This document shows positions 62,564 through 64,000 of a stretch of DNA of 64,000 nt, piece after piece (positions within the stretch are counted from its first letter, which is position 1; each line of letters starts with the position of its first letter). The position numbers and the translations under genes are program-made. This stretch comes from a virus: the IMG/VR virus record IMGVR_UViG_3300045988_060114; one strand, written 5' to 3'. The notes below the pieces were generated by a model. That model was not told where the DNA came from. It did no database searches and saw only the letters and a list, made by a program, of their open reading frames with translations.

Positions 62564-62595
62564 TTTATAGTTTATAGTTAATAGTTTATAGTTAT
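62561..62595 (+). repeat. 5 x heptamer tandem repeat TAGTTTA (variants TAGTTAA, TAGTTAT)
   Basis: Spans from the portal stop codon to the ATG of the next ORF. Confidence 0.85.
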
Positions 62596-62815
62596 GATTG
62601 CAGACAAACCAAACGACAAGAAATGGTATGGCAATGGGAAACCTGATGCCAGCCAAAGTGGCAATGCCAGCAAGGGTATTGCTACGGAGACCCAAGGGAG
62701 GGAAGACAAGCCCGAACTTTACGAGAATGACGTTATCGGAAAGGTGGCGAAACGGAAGAAAAACGACATCTGGACGAGGGGTAGAGAGAAGAGAACCAGA
62801 TTTAAGGACGAATAA
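62594..62815 (+). CDS. small protein sharing peptide motifs with the capsid N-terminus and the scaffold C-terminus
   Basis: GIATETQGRE..LYENDV matches GIATETKGRE..FYENDI in 57822..59363. NDIWTRGREKRTR matches GNIWERGNEKRTR at the end of 56961..57776. Confidence 0.5.
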   Translation: MIADKPNDKKWYGNGKPDASQSGNASKGIATETQGREDKPELYENDVIGKVAKRKKNDIWTRGREKRTRFKDE

Positions 62816-62879
62816 AGAAAGGAGGTGTTTTTATCGTAACTGTATTTGTCTGATATTCAGATAGCTACAGAAATATCTG

Positions 62880-62918
62880 CGAGTTTATGGTGCTGCGTTT
62901 AAGATATTGGTATCTTTG
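62880..62918 (+). promoter_or_regulatory. second-class phage promoter: CGAGTTTAT-N22/23-TATCTTTG
   Basis: CGAGTTTA at 62880-62887 and the -7 box at 62911-62918, with a 23-nt gap. The ATG at 62948 is 29 nt downstream. Confidence 0.5.
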
Positions 62919-62947
62919 CAACATCATAAACTTTTAATTTTTATATT

Positions 62948-63433
62948 ATGGATTTTGTAGATTTCGTAGAAAAGTATCAGCAGGAGTTGACTCCTGAACA
63001 GATGTTGGCAGTAGCTAAGGCAGTCGGCAAGTATCTCTCATGCAAGTTGAGCGATGTGGAGGAGCATCATCTTTGTGCGATGGTGTATGGAGTGTTGAGT
63101 GAAGAACATTTCGACAAGCACTTTGCCGATGATGCTATCAACAAGATGTGGTATGAGGATGCTGACGGAACTAAGCACATGGCTCCCTTCTTCTCGGATG
63201 ATGAGATAAGAGAAGCCTTTGACAAGCATCAGGATGATATTTCTGATTACACCATTTATGACTTGGCGGTAACTATGAATCTGTTGAGGAGTGACCATCA
63301 TCTGCTGCTGGAGAGATTCAGTAAGGATGCAGATGAAATGAAGGAAATGGTGGTTCTGATGGCTATAGAGTATCTGCAAGACCCTGATTGCTTGCATCCG
63401 ACAAGCAAAATATGGCATACTATTAACGGATAA
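62948..63433 (+). CDS. hypothetical acidic protein (161 aa)
   Basis: ORF. Its last codons overlap the P5 12-mer. Confidence 0.55.
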   Translation: MDFVDFVEKYQQELTPEQMLAVAKAVGKYLSCKLSDVEEHHLCAMVYGVLSEEHFDKHFADDAINKMWYEDADGTKHMAPFFSDDEIREAFDKHQDDISDYTIYDLAVTMNLLRSDHHLLLERFSKDADEMKEMVVLMAIEYLQDPDCLHPTSKIWHTING

Positions 63434-63465
63434 AGTGACTATTTGGGAATCATTTCTTATCTTTG
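63423..63465 (+). promoter_or_regulatory. phage composite promoter P5: TTAACGGATAAA-N23-TATCTTTG (lysis genes)
   Basis: 12-mer at 63423-63434 and -7 box at 63458-63465, with a 23-nt gap. The ATG at 63496 is 30 nt downstream. Confidence 0.65.
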
Positions 63466-63495
63466 CATATTATTAATAATATATAAAGATAAGAT

Positions 63496-63759
63496 ATGAC
63501 TCCAAACGTACGTGAAGGATTGCAATATGGCACAGCTATTGGAATGGTGGTGAGCGGCATCGTCCTTGCCTTCCTATCATTCTTCTTGAACAACTATGTG
63601 ATTTCGGATGGTGTGCTCTGGTACATCAGCCAAGCACTTGTTTACTCTGGAGCAATATTCGGAGTAAACGTTTATTTTAAGACCAAGTTGGGTAATTTCG
63701 AGAGTAAGGTGAAGGACGAACTCGCAAGTATGTTGAAACAAGTAAAGGAAAGTAAATAA
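63496..63759 (+). CDS. holin-like protein (2 TM)
   Basis: GTAIGMVVSGIVLAFLSFFL and VLWYISQALVYSGAIFGVNVYF with a charged C-terminus. Directly upstream of the endolysin. Confidence 0.6.
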   Translation: MTPNVREGLQYGTAIGMVVSGIVLAFLSFFLNNYVISDGVLWYISQALVYSGAIFGVNVYFKTKLGNFESKVKDELASMLKQVKESK

Positions 63760-63760
63760 T

Positions 63761-64000
63761 ATGAAGGTAACAAGAGAACAGATTTTGGATATTATGCCGA
63801 ATGCGAAGGCTAAGGTGGATGCTTTTCTGCCTTATATCAATGGTTATGCTGAGGCTTTCAACATTGATACACCTAAGCGTATGGCTCATTTCTTGGCTCA
63901 GATAGCGCATGAAAGTGGTGAACTGAGATATACCAAGGAACTCGGCAACAAGAACTATTTCCACAAGTATGATGTGGGTAAGTTGAAGAACATGCTCGGC
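63761..64000 (+). CDS. endolysin, GH19/COG3179 'putative chitinase' type (partial; runs off the right edge)
   Basis: Manual translation MKVTREQILDIMPNAKAKVDAFLPYINGYAEAFNIDTPKRMAHFLAQIAHESGELRYTKELG... The FLAQIAHESG motif is characteristic. Confidence 0.7.
   Translation, partial: MKVTREQILDIMPNAKAKVDAFLPYINGYAEAFNIDTPKRMAHFLAQIAHESGELRYTKELGNKNYFHKYDVGKLKNMLG

Noticed and set aside
1-64000. Stop-codon reassignment (TAG or TGA recoding), as in some crAss-like Bacteroidota phages. This was considered because of the CAU/odd-loop tRNA.
   Set aside because: Standard-code translation gives intact long genes on both strands (5,431, 1,027, 726 and 678 codons) with recognisable motifs up to their ends, so there is no sign of in-frame stops that need recoding.
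1-64000. Diversity-generating retroelement, retron, CRISPR-Cas, restriction-modification or toxin-antitoxin pairs.
   Set aside because: I could recognise no reverse transcriptase, Cas, restriction endonuclease or obvious toxin motifs. Both methyltransferases appear to be orphans.
1-64000. Prophage-host junctions within the window.
   Set aside because: Every block I can assign is phage-like, and the integrase is internal with phage genes on both sides. I see no direct repeat pair that would mark attL and attR.

Overview
This window reads as about 64 kb of a temperate tailed phage (Caudoviricetes) infecting a Bacteroidota host. The host assignment rests on recurring TAnnTTTG -7 boxes and AT-rich, SD-less start contexts. 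I recognise no host genes, and the integrase sits mid-window between phage modules, which suggests the non-integrated (attP-intact) gene order.

Layout:
- 1-13.8 kb (minus strand): tightly packed, ATGA-coupled early/recombination module. It holds a C5-methyltransferase split by a 387-nt non-coding spacer, a VRR-NUC nuclease, SSB, a PD-(D/E)XK exonuclease, a Rad52-like annealase, MazG-like and ThyX-like proteins, and many tiny Cys-rich ORFs.
- 13.8-14.9 kb: about 1 kb with no credible ORF, containing a tRNA-like gene, stem-loops and a terminator.
- 14.9-23 kb: lysogeny and regulation. Xis-like protein, Rha/KilAC antirepressor, a divergent Cro-like/CI-like switch, a membrane/secreted moron cluster, a tyrosine integrase flanked by repeat arrays, a promoter-terminator bounded small-RNA candidate, and a small operon with a DUF2829 (Tad2-family) protein.
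- 23.2-45.7 kb (plus strand): operon dominated by one uninterrupted 5,431-codon ORF. This polyvalent protein carries two zincin HExxH modules, an embedded C5-MTase domain and three paralogous HG[ST] modules.
- 45.7-56.9 kb (minus strand): HTH-P63C protein, LRR protein, CotH-like fibre, repeat fibre, large terminase, and a rhomboid-family protease in the packaging operon.
- 56.9-64 kb (plus strand): scaffold-like protein, putative major capsid protein, putative portal, holin, and a partial GH19-like endolysin.

Most interesting observations:
1. The giant polyvalent ORF. Every recognisable domain in it is bracketed by a recurring [KR]FS[LI][KR]-type junction motif, seen 11 times.
2. An exact 12-mer, TTAACGGATAAA, placed exactly 23 nt upstream of a TAnnTTTG -7 box at five late/structural promoters.
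3. The split C5-MTase, which may carry an intron or be a two-subunit enzyme.
4. A phage-encoded rhomboid protease overlapping the large-terminase gene.
5. A tRNA-like gene with a non-canonical anticodon arm inside a 1-kb non-coding island.

All functional calls come from motif recognition by eye. No database search was possible.
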